Assembly: GCF_009914755.1 (NCBI RefSeq)
Contig: NC_060938.1
Strand: one strand, 5' to 3'
Length of the DNA stretch: 64,000 bases
Source: the human T2T-CHM13v2.0 reference genome, Homo sapiens
In this document: positions 1 through 14,200 of the stretch, one piece after another
Layout: each line of letters starts with the position of its first letter
Numbering within the stretch: the first letter of the stretch is position 1
The notes under the pieces: model-generated
Told to the model about the DNA's origin: nothing
The model's database searches: none
The model's input: the letters and a program-made list of their open reading frames with translations, nothing else
Program-made: the position numbers and the translations under genes

Positions 1-329
1 GAAATGCTTATAGCTTTCCACACTGACATTTATACTGACACAGTTAATCTAATCGAGTGATAACAAAATCAAAACAAGCAGAATTCTCTTGAGCAATCTA
101 TTTTCTTGATTTTTAAAAGTCAATGTACTCTCAAAGAAACAAAACTATTATTCGTGGATTCTGTTATTTGAAAACATTTACTGATCATTTACCTTACAGC
201 AAGTGATCTCCAGCTCGTGGAAAAATATGTAAAGGTGCCCAGCTGCATTAAGCTTAAACTCTTCTGAAGGAGAAAAGAAGCAATGGAATAGGGACATTAA
301 AGCAGGAGTGTGGTGATATGGCTGAGACT

Positions 330-1340
330 TCTACTTGCACACTGTGGTAGCTGTGTGGAGAATGGATTGAAAAAAGGGCAATGACAGAAGCTTAAGTTAG
401 TATCAAATATGGCAATCCTGTAAATTTAGGTATCCTTGAAATAAGAAAAATGTATAATAGTTCTCATTATTTCCCCAAGAAATCTCTGCACTTGGCCTTG
501 TGAGGGAAGCGCTATAGTTACCAAGTGGTGGGGGTGGGAAGGTGAATTTGAAACAACATTTGGAATTACTACACTTTAAAGGTAAAGCTGACAGGAATTC
601 CATACACGTCAGATCTGAAAATGTGTGTGTGTGTGTGTGTGTCTGTCTGTGTGTGTTTGTGTGTGTGTGAAGCAGGGAGAGAGAGCAAGAGTGAAAGTGA
701 GCATGAGAGAGAGGAGAGAGAGGGAGAGAATCAGACAGATACAGAAAGAGATTGACAAGAGCTACAGAGACAGAATTGAAAGGGGACACCAAGAATATTG
801 AGCTGAGAAACTATAAAATGGGAGTTGCCATTAAACAGAATGGGGAAGAGCAAATTTGGGGAGTTTCAGTGGCTCAATATAGACATATTAATTTTGAGAT
901 TCCTAACTGACATCCACGTGGATAAGTCAGGGAGTGTTGGGTGTAGTGTCCAGTGTTTAGGTGTAATATGAAATATCAGGAAATTAATGACACAAACATT
1001 AGTAAGAAAGCAAAGATAAGAAGTCGAAGTCCTGAGCCTAATGGTCCTCTAACATTTAAAAAATAGAAAAGATGAAACCTGCAATAAAGGACTAGGGGTA
1101 ATTATCAAAAACATGGTGGGGGGAAAGTAGGTTAAGTATTCTGGAATTCTATAAAAAAGTTTTACAAAGAGAAGGTGGAGATCAACTGTGTGAAATGCTG
1201 CTGATATATAAATTAAGACGAAGGCCGAGGAGTTATGGTTCAATTTATAGTTTAACAATATGGATAGCACTTATGTTTTGATATGAGCAGCTTCGTTGGA
1301 GTGAGTAGGTGAGAAATCATATTGGAGTGGTTGCTGAAAT
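330..1340 (-). mobile_element. Degraded L2 LINE fragments interrupted by (TG)n/(GA)n simple repeats
   Basis: Motifs such as ggagttgccattaaacagaatgggga and attttgagattcctaactgacatcca resemble reverse-complement L2 3' sequence (from recall); heavily diverged. Confidence 0.5.
621..780. repeat. (TG)n microsatellite followed by GA-rich low-complexity tract
   Basis: Directly visible. Confidence 0.95.
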
Positions 1341-1519
1341 GAAAGTCTGATCTCTGGATTCTTAAGGAAAAATTTTATTGGACTGCAGAGACATAAATTG
1401 GATTTTTAATTCTGGAGTCAGGATGTGCTCAGTAAACATGTGCCCATTAATGCCTCCTCACATTTTTTTAGCTCGGTATTCTGTTATCTTTTAATAATAT
1501 AATAATGACTTGCAAAACC

Positions 1520-1750
<231 letters not shown>

Positions 1751-1758
1751 GAAATCCC

Positions 1759-2052
1759 AGCCAAGTGCGGTGGCTCATGATTGTAATCCCAGGGCTTTGG
1801 GAGGCTGAGACAGGTCGACCATCTGAGGTCAGGATTGAGAACAGCCTGGCCAACATGGTGAAACCCTGTCTTTACTAAACATACAAAAATTAGCTGGGTG
1901 TGGTGGGGGGCACCTATAGTCCCAGCTACTTGAGAGGCCAAAGCAGGACAATCACTTGAACCTGGAAGGCAAAGACTGCAGTGAGCTAAGATCATGCCAC
2001 AGCACTACAGCCTGGGTGACAGGGTGAGACTGCCTCAAAAACAAAAGCAAAA
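1759..2052 (+). mobile_element. Alu (S/J-type), full length
   Basis: Both monomers, A-rich linker and A tail. Confidence 0.95.
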
Positions 2053-2359
2053 AACCCTTTTAATTGACAAATTTTACAAAGACTGATACTAGAGTTTGTT
2101 GGACAGGCCGTTGTCCCACATAATATCTTAAGAGTTGCCGATGCACAAGTAAGGTGGTAAAATGCCTTTGAAAAACTGACCATACCTGCTATACTTAAAT
2201 ATTCAGATACAAAACTCCCAGAAATTCCATCTTGTCATTTATTTCCACAAGAAAAAACAAGAGACCTGTATTAAAATATCCATTTCTATTAAAATTAATC
2301 ACACTAGGTTTCTTCAAATTTTTTTATTAGTAGCTCTTGTTTTCAGCAGTACAACTTCT

Positions 2360-3147
<788 letters not shown>

Positions 3148-3787
3148 TATTTTGTATTTTTTAATCTACAACACTCTAAGAACACATATTTTAAATAAAT
3201 TTGTACATTCAGTGCCTAGAACAAAACCAGCATTTTGTAGATTCCAAAGAATTATTTGTTGTATAAATGATGAATAACTTAAATAAGTTATTATTTATAA
3301 CTTCTATATACAAACAATATATTACCTGAGAATACAGTGATAACATTTGTTATGTATAAAATGATTGCAATCTCAGTTAAAAAATATTTTTTGCATGAGT
3401 TATTGTCATATGCAGATGCTCACATTGTTTTGTTTAGATGAAAATGTTTGTAACTACTATGCACATTTTTGTTACTTAAGCCTTTTGGTCTTGCTGCCGT
3501 AGCAAATACTGTGCCTCTTAAGAACATGAACCTGTTTTTCTTCATTTTTTAGCAGATTTCTTAATGAAATATATAGCATACTATTTTGTTTAACACATAA
3601 GCAGACACCCTGTCGAAGCAAAGAGACATCTACTCCACCATTACCACCCATCCCTCTGCTAATGTGGCTGCTGAAGATGTTACCTAGAGCAGAGGACTTT
3701 GTGTTCAGCCTAAGCACTTTATATCCTTTATTTTCAATTGGGTAGGAGATAAAATAATTCAGCAGCAATAAAAGTCACACTTCTTAA

Positions 3788-4376
3788 AGTTGCAGTCTCA
3801 CCAATGCACCACAATGTAGCAGTCTCTCTTGTGAGGTATCACGTGGAGTTCTTCATCTCATCACCAAGATGATTAAGGAACAGGGACACCGGGTGAGGTT
3901 GGAGTGAAAGTTTAATAAGAAAAAGGAGGAAGCTCTCTGCAGCAGACAAGGGAGTCCAACTGGATTGCCGTTTTTATTGTTGAATCAAAAAGCTTTTATA
4001 AGAAACTCCTCTCAGCTCTATATAAAACTGTCTGCACAATTCCCTTTATATATCCAGCTGTGGGTATGTGTCTAGTCAAGCACAAAGTGGGCTTCTCTTG
4101 TTTGTATAACTGTGGGTTTGTTTTAGGTAAGCCCCCCTCCTCCCTGTGCAAGTTCCCACAGAGACCACCATGTATATGCCTGAAAAAAGGAGGAAAATTT
4201 TACCTGGGAGCTTGCCAATTACACAAAGACAGAAGGCATGTGTGCTGGACCTTGCATGCTTATCTGTTCAGGACTTATCTGTAGGTGCAGTAGTTGTGAT
4301 TTTTCAGGCTGACAGCTTCCCTGAGGACCAGTCTCTTACTTGTTTACTCAACTAATTTTCCTTTCCTTCTCCCTCA
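3788..4376 (-). mobile_element. ERV1 (MER4-group) solo LTR
   Basis: Minus strand starts TGAGGGAGAAGGAAAGGAAAA; gaaagtttaataag motif typical of MER4-group LTRs; subfamily not determined. Confidence 0.6.
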
Positions 4377-4848
4377 ACATTATGCAGCAAAACAGAGTAC
4401 ACTTCTCTTTCCCAGTAAACCAGGTTGGTACTCCACTCTGAATACTTGTATTATTGGATTTCTTAGAAAAAAATATTTGGGATCATCATTTAGATGCCAT
4501 CAAACAATGAACAAAAACATGCTACTTCGTTTCCCTTCTCTTCTCTTGTTACCAGACAATAGCTAGTTTTCTTTTCTCTCCAACCCCTTTTTTCTGTGCT
4601 TCTACCTGATTTTTGAAAAAACTTCTACACATTTCCAATCTTAGTATAGCAGACATCATATATGTGGTCAAACTACATACGTAGGAAGAATAGAATTATA
4701 TAATTATATTCAAGCATTTTAAAATAATTCCCCTTCAGTTTGTTTTGCAGTTATTTTACATAATCAAATGTCTTCCTGATATACTTTCCAACCCAGTGGT
4801 TGTCAAGCTCTGCTTTGTTTTCTAATTGCATCAGAATTATCCACAAGT

Positions 4849-5142
<294 letters not shown>

Positions 5143-5614
5143 TAAATCAGCACAACTCAAGATTTAAGAAATAAAAATTTCCAAGAGAAGAAACCCAGGA
5201 ATATGCATTGAAAATGACTCCCTCAGGTGATTCTGATGTGATATGTGGTCTGAGTTTAAAATGCAAGGAAAATTACCTTCCCTGCCCTCCAGTTGGCCCT
5301 TATGTCCAGATGTCCCTCTTCCCCTTTCTCATTGTGCTCTCTCCTTCTGTGCCTTTGTTCTATTCTCTCTCCGCTTCTCATCCAGATGCCAAGCCCTCTT
5401 CCATCAATTGTCTTAAAACTCCAAATGGTCAGTTGCCTCTAAACTTTCTTCTGTCCCATGAACAAGTTACTCAGGCAAACGTAGAATTTAAGCTTGGACC
5501 AAGCTGAATCAAGAGCTGCAATTAAAGGTTTCCCTAAGCCCAGAGGGGACCAGCGAATACTTATAGAAGATTTTGGATTTCCTCTGAATGCATAAGGCTC
5601 TGGGTAACCTGATT

Positions 5615-5972
5615 CTATAGACCAAATGTTATTGTCCCCCTCAAATTCAAGTGCTGATATCTAATTCCCTATGTGATGATATTTGGAGGTAGGGCCTTGG
5701 GGAATGATTAGCTCATGAAGGCAGGGGCCACAGGAGTGGGATTAGTAGCCCCTATTGAAGGCACCATAGAGAGCTCTCTCATCCCTTCTGTCATGTGAGG
5801 ACATGGTAGAAACATGGCTGTCTATGAACCACAAAGCAAGCCCACACCAGACATAGAATCTGCTAACCACTTGACCTTGAATTTTGCAATCTCCAAAACT
5901 GAAAGAAACAAATTGGTTTATAAGCTTCCTCATCTATGGCATTCTGTTTTGACCCCAGATTAGCTAAAAACA
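5615..5972 (+). mobile_element. MaLR LTR (MST/MLT1A-type)
   Basis: gtccccctcaaattca...gtgatgatatttggaggtagggcc...gaatctgct...cttgaccttgaa...ctccaaaactg matches the MaLR LTR layout. Confidence 0.75.
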
Positions 5973-6451
5973 CCAAAATATCAACTTGTACACCAAATTT
6001 TGGAAACGGATGCTAAAACTTTGATGGCAAAAGGTGACTGATCTGCCTGAGAAACGAAGCTACATGATCCCTCTTTCCACAAAGCTGGAGGGAGAGTCAA
6101 CACAAGCAAAAATAGGTCAAATTCTTCTAAAAGCCATACCTGAAGGGTTTTCAATATCACTTGATCAGATCGTAATTTAATCACACAAAGAGCCATAACT
6201 AAACACACAACTATCAGAGGTTTTCAATGTCACCTTAAAAACATCATCTACAATATTAGGGAGTGAAAGAAGTCATGGAAGTTTCAAAAAGTCAAACTTT
6301 ATTTCAGTGTTATGGTAGAAATTTGAGATTCTTAGTTAAGCTATGAATAAATCCTTGGGCAGGTGCAGGCATGGAGATTCTGGGGTGCAGCTGCTGAGTT
6401 TAAATCTTCCTTTGGAGATGCCCCCTGGCCCCCTCAACCCCTGTCTGCCTG

Positions 6452-7425
6452 TCAAGAAGAGGCCATCCTGGGCAGAACATTAGAGGCAAATGGCCCAGAT
6501 GCCTAGCTGAGGGCAAACCTCCATGCCTGGAGGAGGAGGTCGCCTCTGGGAGCAGGAGGACCTCCTGGAACCCCTGCTCACAGGCTCCTTTTCTTGCTCT
6601 CCAGCACCTCCTGTAGGCAGGCAAACACCCCCAGCAGCAGTAGCAGCAGGCTCTTCAGCAGCAGGGCTGCTGCTCTGCTGAATGAGAGAAGTCCCTCTCC
6701 AGTGAGGCAGAGGAGCCCAGGTTGCACACCCTGGTCTCTGCCTCCATAGCTTCCACTGTGCCCAGGACTGGGAGCAGTGTGGGAGCTGCTGGTTGGAGCT
6801 GTGCTGGTCACCCCCTCTCTGCCACCTCTAGCTCCAGCCACACTTTCAGCTTGGGCAGTCCCAGGGCAATGGCAGGAGGGCTCTGGAGCCTCCTCTAGCT
6901 CCAGCGCTGTCCCTGGAGGGGGCTTTGACCCTGGTGCAGGCACTGGCTCCACAGCTGGCACTGGAAATAGCTGTATTTCTGCACCTGAAGCAGGAACTGA
7001 AAAAGGAGAGAGGTCACCAATATCACTCAATTTCCACTGGAATTTCCAAACATGAAAACAACCTCACTGAATTTAAAGGAATTTCAGCCTGAAAACATTG
7101 TCCCTGGAAAGACTTCCAGACTGCAGGTGACCTCAGCATGTGCCTGTGTCTCAATGAGCTCAAGAGGCTCCAGCTGGACAAGGACAATGTGCAGATGTGG
7201 CCCTGGTGGGATCACTGTGAGGCCTGGCCTGGTAGCTCCATCTGGGGCCTGATGTCTACCTGGTGACTCCTGTCCTGTGGTACCTGGGGGGGCCTTCTGC
7301 TAAATAGCCAGAGGCATCTGGGTTGAGGGATGAGCCTACAAGGGCACCGTCAGAAAAGAAAGGTTCTCACTCCTGCCATTCCTGAAGCAGGAGCCTTGAG
7401 ATGTGGGGATGCAGCACAAGAACAT
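6452..7425 (-). pseudogene. CDRT15P: Unprocessed CDRT15/CDRT15L2/C2orf27-family pseudogene (two exons)
   Basis: ATG at 7425 reads MFLCCIPTSQGSCFRNGRSENL (CDRT15: [22 protein letters not shown]), then frameshift and stop. Intron of ~130 bp (~7131-6997). Exon 2 reads AEIQLFPVPAVEPVPAPG...ALELEEAP...GREGVTSTAPTSSSHTAPSPGH...LL, with in-frame stops (first at 6578), then PAPRGDLLLQAW...FASNVLP. Minus-strand AATAAA at 6298-6303. Confidence 0.85.
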
Positions 7426-7506
7426 CTTGCTCTCTTGAGCATCTCCCACCAAGTGAGCTGGCTATGGGGCTAACTCTAGGATGTGGGTGTCTGGTTATCG
7501 GGATTC

Positions 7507-7682
7507 TTTTTTTTTTTTTTTGAGACATAGTCTCATTCTGTTGGCCAGGCTGGAGTGCAGTTTCATGATCTCAGCTCACTGCAACATCCGCCTACCAGGT
7601 TCAATCAATTCTCCTGCCTCTGTCTCCTGAGTAGCTGGGATTACAGGCACAAGACATGCACCACAACACCTGGCTAGTTGTT

Positions 7683-7720
<38 letters not shown>

Positions 7721-8077
7721 AGACAGAGTCTTGCTCTGTCTCCCAGGCTGGATGGAGTGCAGTGGCGCGATCTTGGCTCACTTCAAACTCCGCGTCCTGG
7801 GTTCATGCCATTCTTCTGCCTCAGCCTACCAAGTAGCTGGGACTACAGGCACCTGCCACTATGCTCGGCTAATTTTTGTATTTTTAGTAGAGATGGGGTT
7901 TCACTGTGTTAGCCAGTATGGTCTCGATCTCCTGACCTTGTTTGTTTTTTGTATTTTTAGTGGACATATGGTTTTACCATGTTGGTCAGGCTGGTCTTGA
8001 TCTCCTGATTTCATGATCCTCCTGCCTCAGCCTCCCAAAGTGCTGGGATTACAGGTGTGAGCCACCGTGCCTGGCCT
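7507..8077 (-). mobile_element. Older Alu with an AluY-type element inserted in its A-rich linker
   Basis: Outer Alu 7507-7680 plus 7940-8077 with degenerate TSD ggttatcgggattct/ggttaccagaattct; inner Alu ~7686-7938 with long poly-T and AluY-type motifs (gggttcatgccattc, ggtctcgatctcctgacc). Confidence 0.85.
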
Positions 8078-8249
8078 GGTTACCAGAATTCTAAGTTCCG
8101 TTAGGGTCTGTTGCCAAGGAAGTGAGGTCGCTTCTTTAAGGTTCCGTCCCCTTGGCCTCCTCCTTCCAGAAGACCTACTCAGGACCCCAGTGGGCTGCTG
8201 ACTGCTCACCTTCCCCACAGGTCAACTCCTTACCTGTACACAGTTATGT

Positions 8250-11200
8250 CCACCCAGGGCCTGCTTGGACACCTGCACCTGATGTTCCCCAGGGGCCTAC
8301 GAATCCACTTGGGGCCTGGGAACCTACAGGGGCCTAATGTTACCCTGCAGATTGGGTAGCCACCTGGGGACCAGGCATCAACCTGGGTACTGTGGTTGAC
8401 CTGTGGGCTAATGTCCAGCTGGGGACTGGTTATTCACCTGAGGCCTGATGCGTACCTGGGGCCGAATGTCCCCCTCAGGGTGAATTCCACCTCAGGCCTG
8501 TATGTCCACCTGGGGCCTGATGTCTGCCTTAGATCTGTGTCCCACTGGGGCCTTGTGTTCACCAGGGACTGGTATCCAGCTGTGGCCTGATGACCTACTG
8601 CATCCTGCTGCTCACCTACGGCCTGGTGTCTACCTGGGGCTTGGTGATCACCTGGGAGCTGGATATCAACCTGGGGCCTGGGTGTCCACTTAAGGCCTGA
8701 TGTGTGCCTGGGGCCTGACTGTCCACCTGGGGACTGGGTGTCCACCTGGGGTCTGATGTCCACCTGAAGTTAGGTATTTACCTAAGGCTTGGTGTCTACC
8801 TGTGCCCTGATGTCCACATGAGTCTGGGGTTTGGTTGGGGCCTGCTGTACATCTGGGAACTTGGTGTCTATCTGAGGCCTGATGTCTACCTGGTGACTGC
8901 GATCCTCTTGAGGCCTGCTATCCACCTGGGAATGGTTTATCCATGGAAACGGTTATGTCCACCTGGGGCTGGATGTTGCCCAGCGGCTAGATGTCCACCT
9001 GTGGCCCCGTATCCACCTAGGGCCTGATGTCCACCTGGGGCATGGTGTTCACCTGAGACCCGGGTGTTTACATAGGGCCTGATGTCCAGCTGGTGCCTAG
9101 GTGCCCACTGGGGGCCTTGTGTTAACCTGGGGACTGGTATCCAGCTGGGTCCTAATGACCACCTGGGTTGAATTATTCACCTAGAGTTTGGTATTCACTT
9201 AGGGCTTGAGTGTCAGCCTTGGACCTGGTGTCCACCTGGGCCTTGGGTATCAAACTAGGGGTTTGGTATCCAGTTGAGACATCATTTGCACCTTGGGTCT
9301 GAGTGTTCGCATGAGGCCAGATGACCACTGGGGGCCTGAATGTCAACCTGGGTTCTGAAATTCACTGGAAGCCTAGGTATCTAGCTGGGGCCTGATGTCC
9401 ACCTGGGACTAGGTGTCAACATGTGGCCTGATGTAAACCTCTAGTTGAGTGTCCACCTTGGGCCTGATGTCCACTGGGGGACTGATGTTCCCCTTTGATC
9501 TGATGTCTACCTGGAAACCGTGTATTCACCCATGGCCTGATGGTCACCTGGGGTTGAATGTCCAACTGTGGCCAGATGTGCACCCGGATCCTGGGCATCC
9601 ACCTGGGGCCTGATGTTCATCTGGGGCCTGGAGCTCACCTGAGGCACGATGTCCACCTGAAGCCTAATGTTCATCTGAGTGCTGAGTCTAATGTACTCCT
9701 GGGTTCTAGTGTCCTCTTGGGACCTGATGTCTACCAGATCCTGGTATCCACTTGGGGCCTGGTATCCACCTAGGACTTGATATTCACCTGGGGCCTGGGA
9801 ATCCACTTGATAACTGGTGCCCATCAGGGTCCTATGTTTACCTTGGGACTGGGTAACCACCTGAGGCCTGATGTCCACTTAGGGCATAAGTGTTTAGCTG
9901 GGGTCTAGTGTTCACATAGGGTCTGATGTCAACCTTGAGCCCAGGTATTCACCAGGAGACTAGTGTCCAGCTGGGACCAGATGTTCACTTGGGGCCTGGT
10001 GTCAACTTGAAGCATGGTTGTCAACCTAGGACCTGATGTCTAGTCCAGTGTCCACCTTGGGCCTGTTTACTACCCGGGGCCTGTGTGTCCACATAGACCC
10101 TGATGTCAATCTGGGGCCTGGGTATTTACCGGAGGCCTGGATATTCATTGGTACATTATGTCTACTGGAGTCTTTGTGTCAATCTGAGCTCTGATGTCCA
10201 CTTAGAGATTGGGTATCCACCTAAGGCCTGTTGTTTACATGGGGCCTGTAACAAGAGGTTCCAGATGAACTCAGATGTCCACCTGAGGCCTGATGTCCAC
10301 CTGAGTTCTGAGTGTTAACACAGGGCCTGCTGTCAACCTGGGACCTAAGTATTTACCTAGGGCCTGGGTGTCCACCTGGGGCCTGACTTCCAAATAGATC
10401 TTGTGTCAACAGGTGGCTTGATGTGCACTTTGGGCCTAGGTAACTTCCTGATGACTAATGCCCACATGGCTCCTAAGGACCATCTGAGGCCTGGTATTAA
10501 TTTAGAGACTGGTATACACCTGGAGTCCAGGTATCCACTTGGGACCTGATGTTCACCTGGAGTGTACGAATTCACGTGGGGCCTGGTGTCCACCTTGAGT
10601 GTGTGTATCCAATTGAGTGTTGGTGTCCACCTGGAGTCCAGTGTATACCCGGTGACTGATGTACACATGGGGCCTGGGCATCCATCTAGGACCTGATATT
10701 CAGATAAGGGCTGGCTTTCTCCTGGCCTGGTGTCCACATGGAGCCTGGATATACACTTGGAGCCTGATGTCCCAGGTGGATACCTGGGCCCCAGTGGTCA
10801 TCAGATCCTAGGAAACTCTCAGGCCCCAGGTGCACATAAAGCTCCAAGTGACCACCTAGGCCACAGGTTGATACACAGGGTCCAGGTGGACACTGGGTGC
10901 AAGATGAACACCAGGCCCCTGGTGAACACAAAGCCCCAGGTGTCTACCTAGTCCTCAAGTGGACACCAGGCACTAGATTGACACACAGATACCAGGTGGA
11001 CATCAGGCTGCAGGTGAACATCAGGCCTCAGGTGGTTGGGTTACTTATAGCATAGGTGGCCATCAGGTCCCAGGTCTATATCCACTCCCCACCTGAAAAT
11101 CAGGATCCAGGTGGATACCCATATTCTAGGTGAACACCAGTTTCCAAATGGACATCAGGCTCCAAGTGAACACACAGGCCCCAGTTCAATACCAGCCTCA

Positions 11201-14200
11201 GGTAGACATCAGGACCCAGGTGGACCCCAGGCCCAATGTGCATGCCTAGTCTCTTGGAATACATCATTTTCAATGTGGACACCCAGATTCCTTGTAGACG
11301 TCTGCTGCCAGGTGGATATCTGGCTGCAGGAGGACATCAGGCCCCAGGTGGAGACCCAGTACACAGGTGTAAATCAGGCTGCAGTATTTCATCAGGCCCC
11401 AGTTAAACACTTGACTAAAGGTGTGCATCAAGACCCAGGTTGACACCCAGGCTTCAGTGCACACTAGGCCCAAAGTGTACACCTGTGCCAAGGTGGGCAT
11501 CAGGCCCAAGGTGTACACCAGACTCCAAGTGGACATCAGGTTCCAGGTTGACACCAGTCTCTAAGTAGATCCTTAAGCCCCAATTGGTCATCAGGCCCAA
11601 GGTGGATAGATTGACCCCAGGAGGTCTCCAGGTCCCAGGCAGGCCTCAGGTGGACACTAAGCCCTAGATTAACACAAGGTCTGAGATGGTTTCAGCCCCT
11701 GTGTGGACTTTAGTCATAAGGAGCTTACCTAGGCCCTAAGAGGACATCAGGCCCCAGGTTGACACAATGAACCATGTAGAAGTCAGGCTCTAAGTAGACA
11801 CCCAGGCCCTAGGTAAATACTTTGGTCCCAAGCCAACATCAGGCCCTATGTAGACACCCAGACTCCAGGCAGATGTCAGGCCCCAGGTGAACACTGAACT
11901 CAGGGTGGTCCTCAGGCCCTAGGTTGACACATAGGCCACAGGTAGACAACAGGCATAGGTGAACTTCAGGCTAAATATGAACGTCGGGCTCCAGGAAGAA
12001 GTCTGTGCCCCAGTTAAACACCGGGTCTTAGGTAGACATCAGGCCTCAAATGGATGCCCAGGCCCCAGGTGGATATAAGGCCTCAGGCAAACACCAGATC
12101 CCAGGTAGACATTAGACACAAGATGGACACTCAGGCCACAAGTGAACATCTGTTCCCAGATGGACATCCATCCCAAGGTGGACATCAGGCCAGAGATGTA
12201 CACCCAGGCCCCAGGAGAACCCCAGGCCCCAGGAGGACACTCAAGCGCCAGAAGGACACCCAGTCCCTAGGTAACTAAAAGGCCCCAAGTGGACATGATG
12301 TTCCAGATGGATATGAGGCCCCAAGTGGATACTAGGCCCAGGTGGACCCCAGGTCTCAGGGGCACACCAGGCCCCAGGGGAACACCAGGCCCTGGGTAAG
12401 CATGCAGTCCCAGGTGGACATCAGGTGCCAGGAGGACACCAGGACCCAGTTGGTCATCAAGCCACAGCTGAACACCAGTTCCCCATGAACACCAGTCCTC
12501 AGGTGGGCACCTAGTCCTCCCGTGTGCATCAGGTGCCAGGCTGACATAGGCACCAGCTGAACTCTGGGCCTCAGGTGAACATCAGATCCCAGGTTGTCAC
12601 CCAGGCCCCAAGTGAATACCAGGTTTTAGGTGGACACGAGGTCCTAGGTGGATGTCTATGCTCCTGGTGAACCTCAGGCCCTAGTGGACACTCAGGCCCT
12701 TTATAGACATCTGGCTCCTTGTGCACTCCCAGGGCCCAGGTAGACATGAGGCCCCAGAGGAAAACCAGTCCTTAGTCATCTAACACTGAATTCCCCTAGG
12801 GCTGGAGACTGAGTATTCACCTTGGGCCTAGGAATCTACCTGGGGCCAGATGTTGATCTGGGGCCTGATGTCTACTCAGGTTCAGCTGTCCACTTAGGAT
12901 GGGGTGTTTTTCTGGGACCCAGAGTCTACCTGAAATCTTGGTATCAACCTGGGGCCTATGTGTCCACTTGGAGTCTGATGTGCACTTGAAGCCTGAATTT
13001 TCACCTAGGATCTGGTGAGCACTTGGGGCGCAGGTTTCCATCTGAAAATCAGGCTCTAGTTATACATCTGGGCCCCAGGTATACCCTGGACACCGAAAGA
13101 ACTCCAGCCCCTATCTTAACATGAGGTCCTAGGTGGATGCCCAGGCGTCATGTCTACATTAGGCCTCAGGTAGACACGACTCCAGGCGGGCATCAGGCCT
13201 GATATTGGCTCTATGTCTCCACCCAAATCTCATGTTGAATTGTAATCCCCATGGGTTGAAGAAGGGGCGTGGTGAGAGGTGATTGAATCATGGGGGCAGA
13301 CTTCCCACTTGCTCTTCTCGTGATAGACTTCTTACGAGATCTGGTTATTTGAAAGTGTGTAGCACATCCCCCTTCTCTCTCCCTCCTCCTCCCCCATGGT
13401 AAAAAGGGCTTGCTTCCTCTTGGCTTTACATCATGATTGTAAGTGTCCCGGGCCCACCCAGTCATGCTCCCTATTAAGCCTGAAGAACTGTGGGTCAGTT
13501 AAACCTCTTTTCCTCATAAGTTGCCCAATATCAGGTAGTTTTTTATAACAGTGTGAAAATGGACTAATACAAGACCTTAGGATAACAACCATGCTTCAGG
13601 CCATAGGTGGACATCTGGCTGCAACTGGACACTATTCCCCAGGTGGATACCTAGGCTCAAGGTTGACATTAGTCTCCAGGTAAACAACAAGCCCCAGGTG
13701 AATACCTATGCCCTAAGTAGACATCAGGCCTCAGGCTGACACTCAGTCTAAGCTCAACATTAGGCTCAGGTGGACACCCAGACTCCAGGTGGATACTAGA
13801 CCCCAGGGGTACACCAGACTCCTGGTAAGCATAAGGCCCCAGGAGGACACTAGAATCCAGGTGTACATAAAGCCACTGGTTGACTCCAAGCCCTCAGATG
13901 AACACCAGGCCAACTAGTGGACATTAGGCACATGAGAATACTTGGGCACCAGGCAGGTATCAGGCCCCGGGTAAACATCAAACTTCAGGTGGACATCGTT
14001 CTCCATGTAAACTCTAGCCCCAGCTAAACATCAGGCTCCAGGTGGAAGCCCAGACCCCAGTTGCACTTCTGGCCACAGTTGGACATCTGTCCCCAGGTGA
14101 ATATCAGACCATGGATGGATAGCAAGTCCCCAGGTGGACATCAGGTCAAAAGAGAATATAAGTCTCTAGGAAGACATCTGGCCCCAGGTGGATACTGAAC

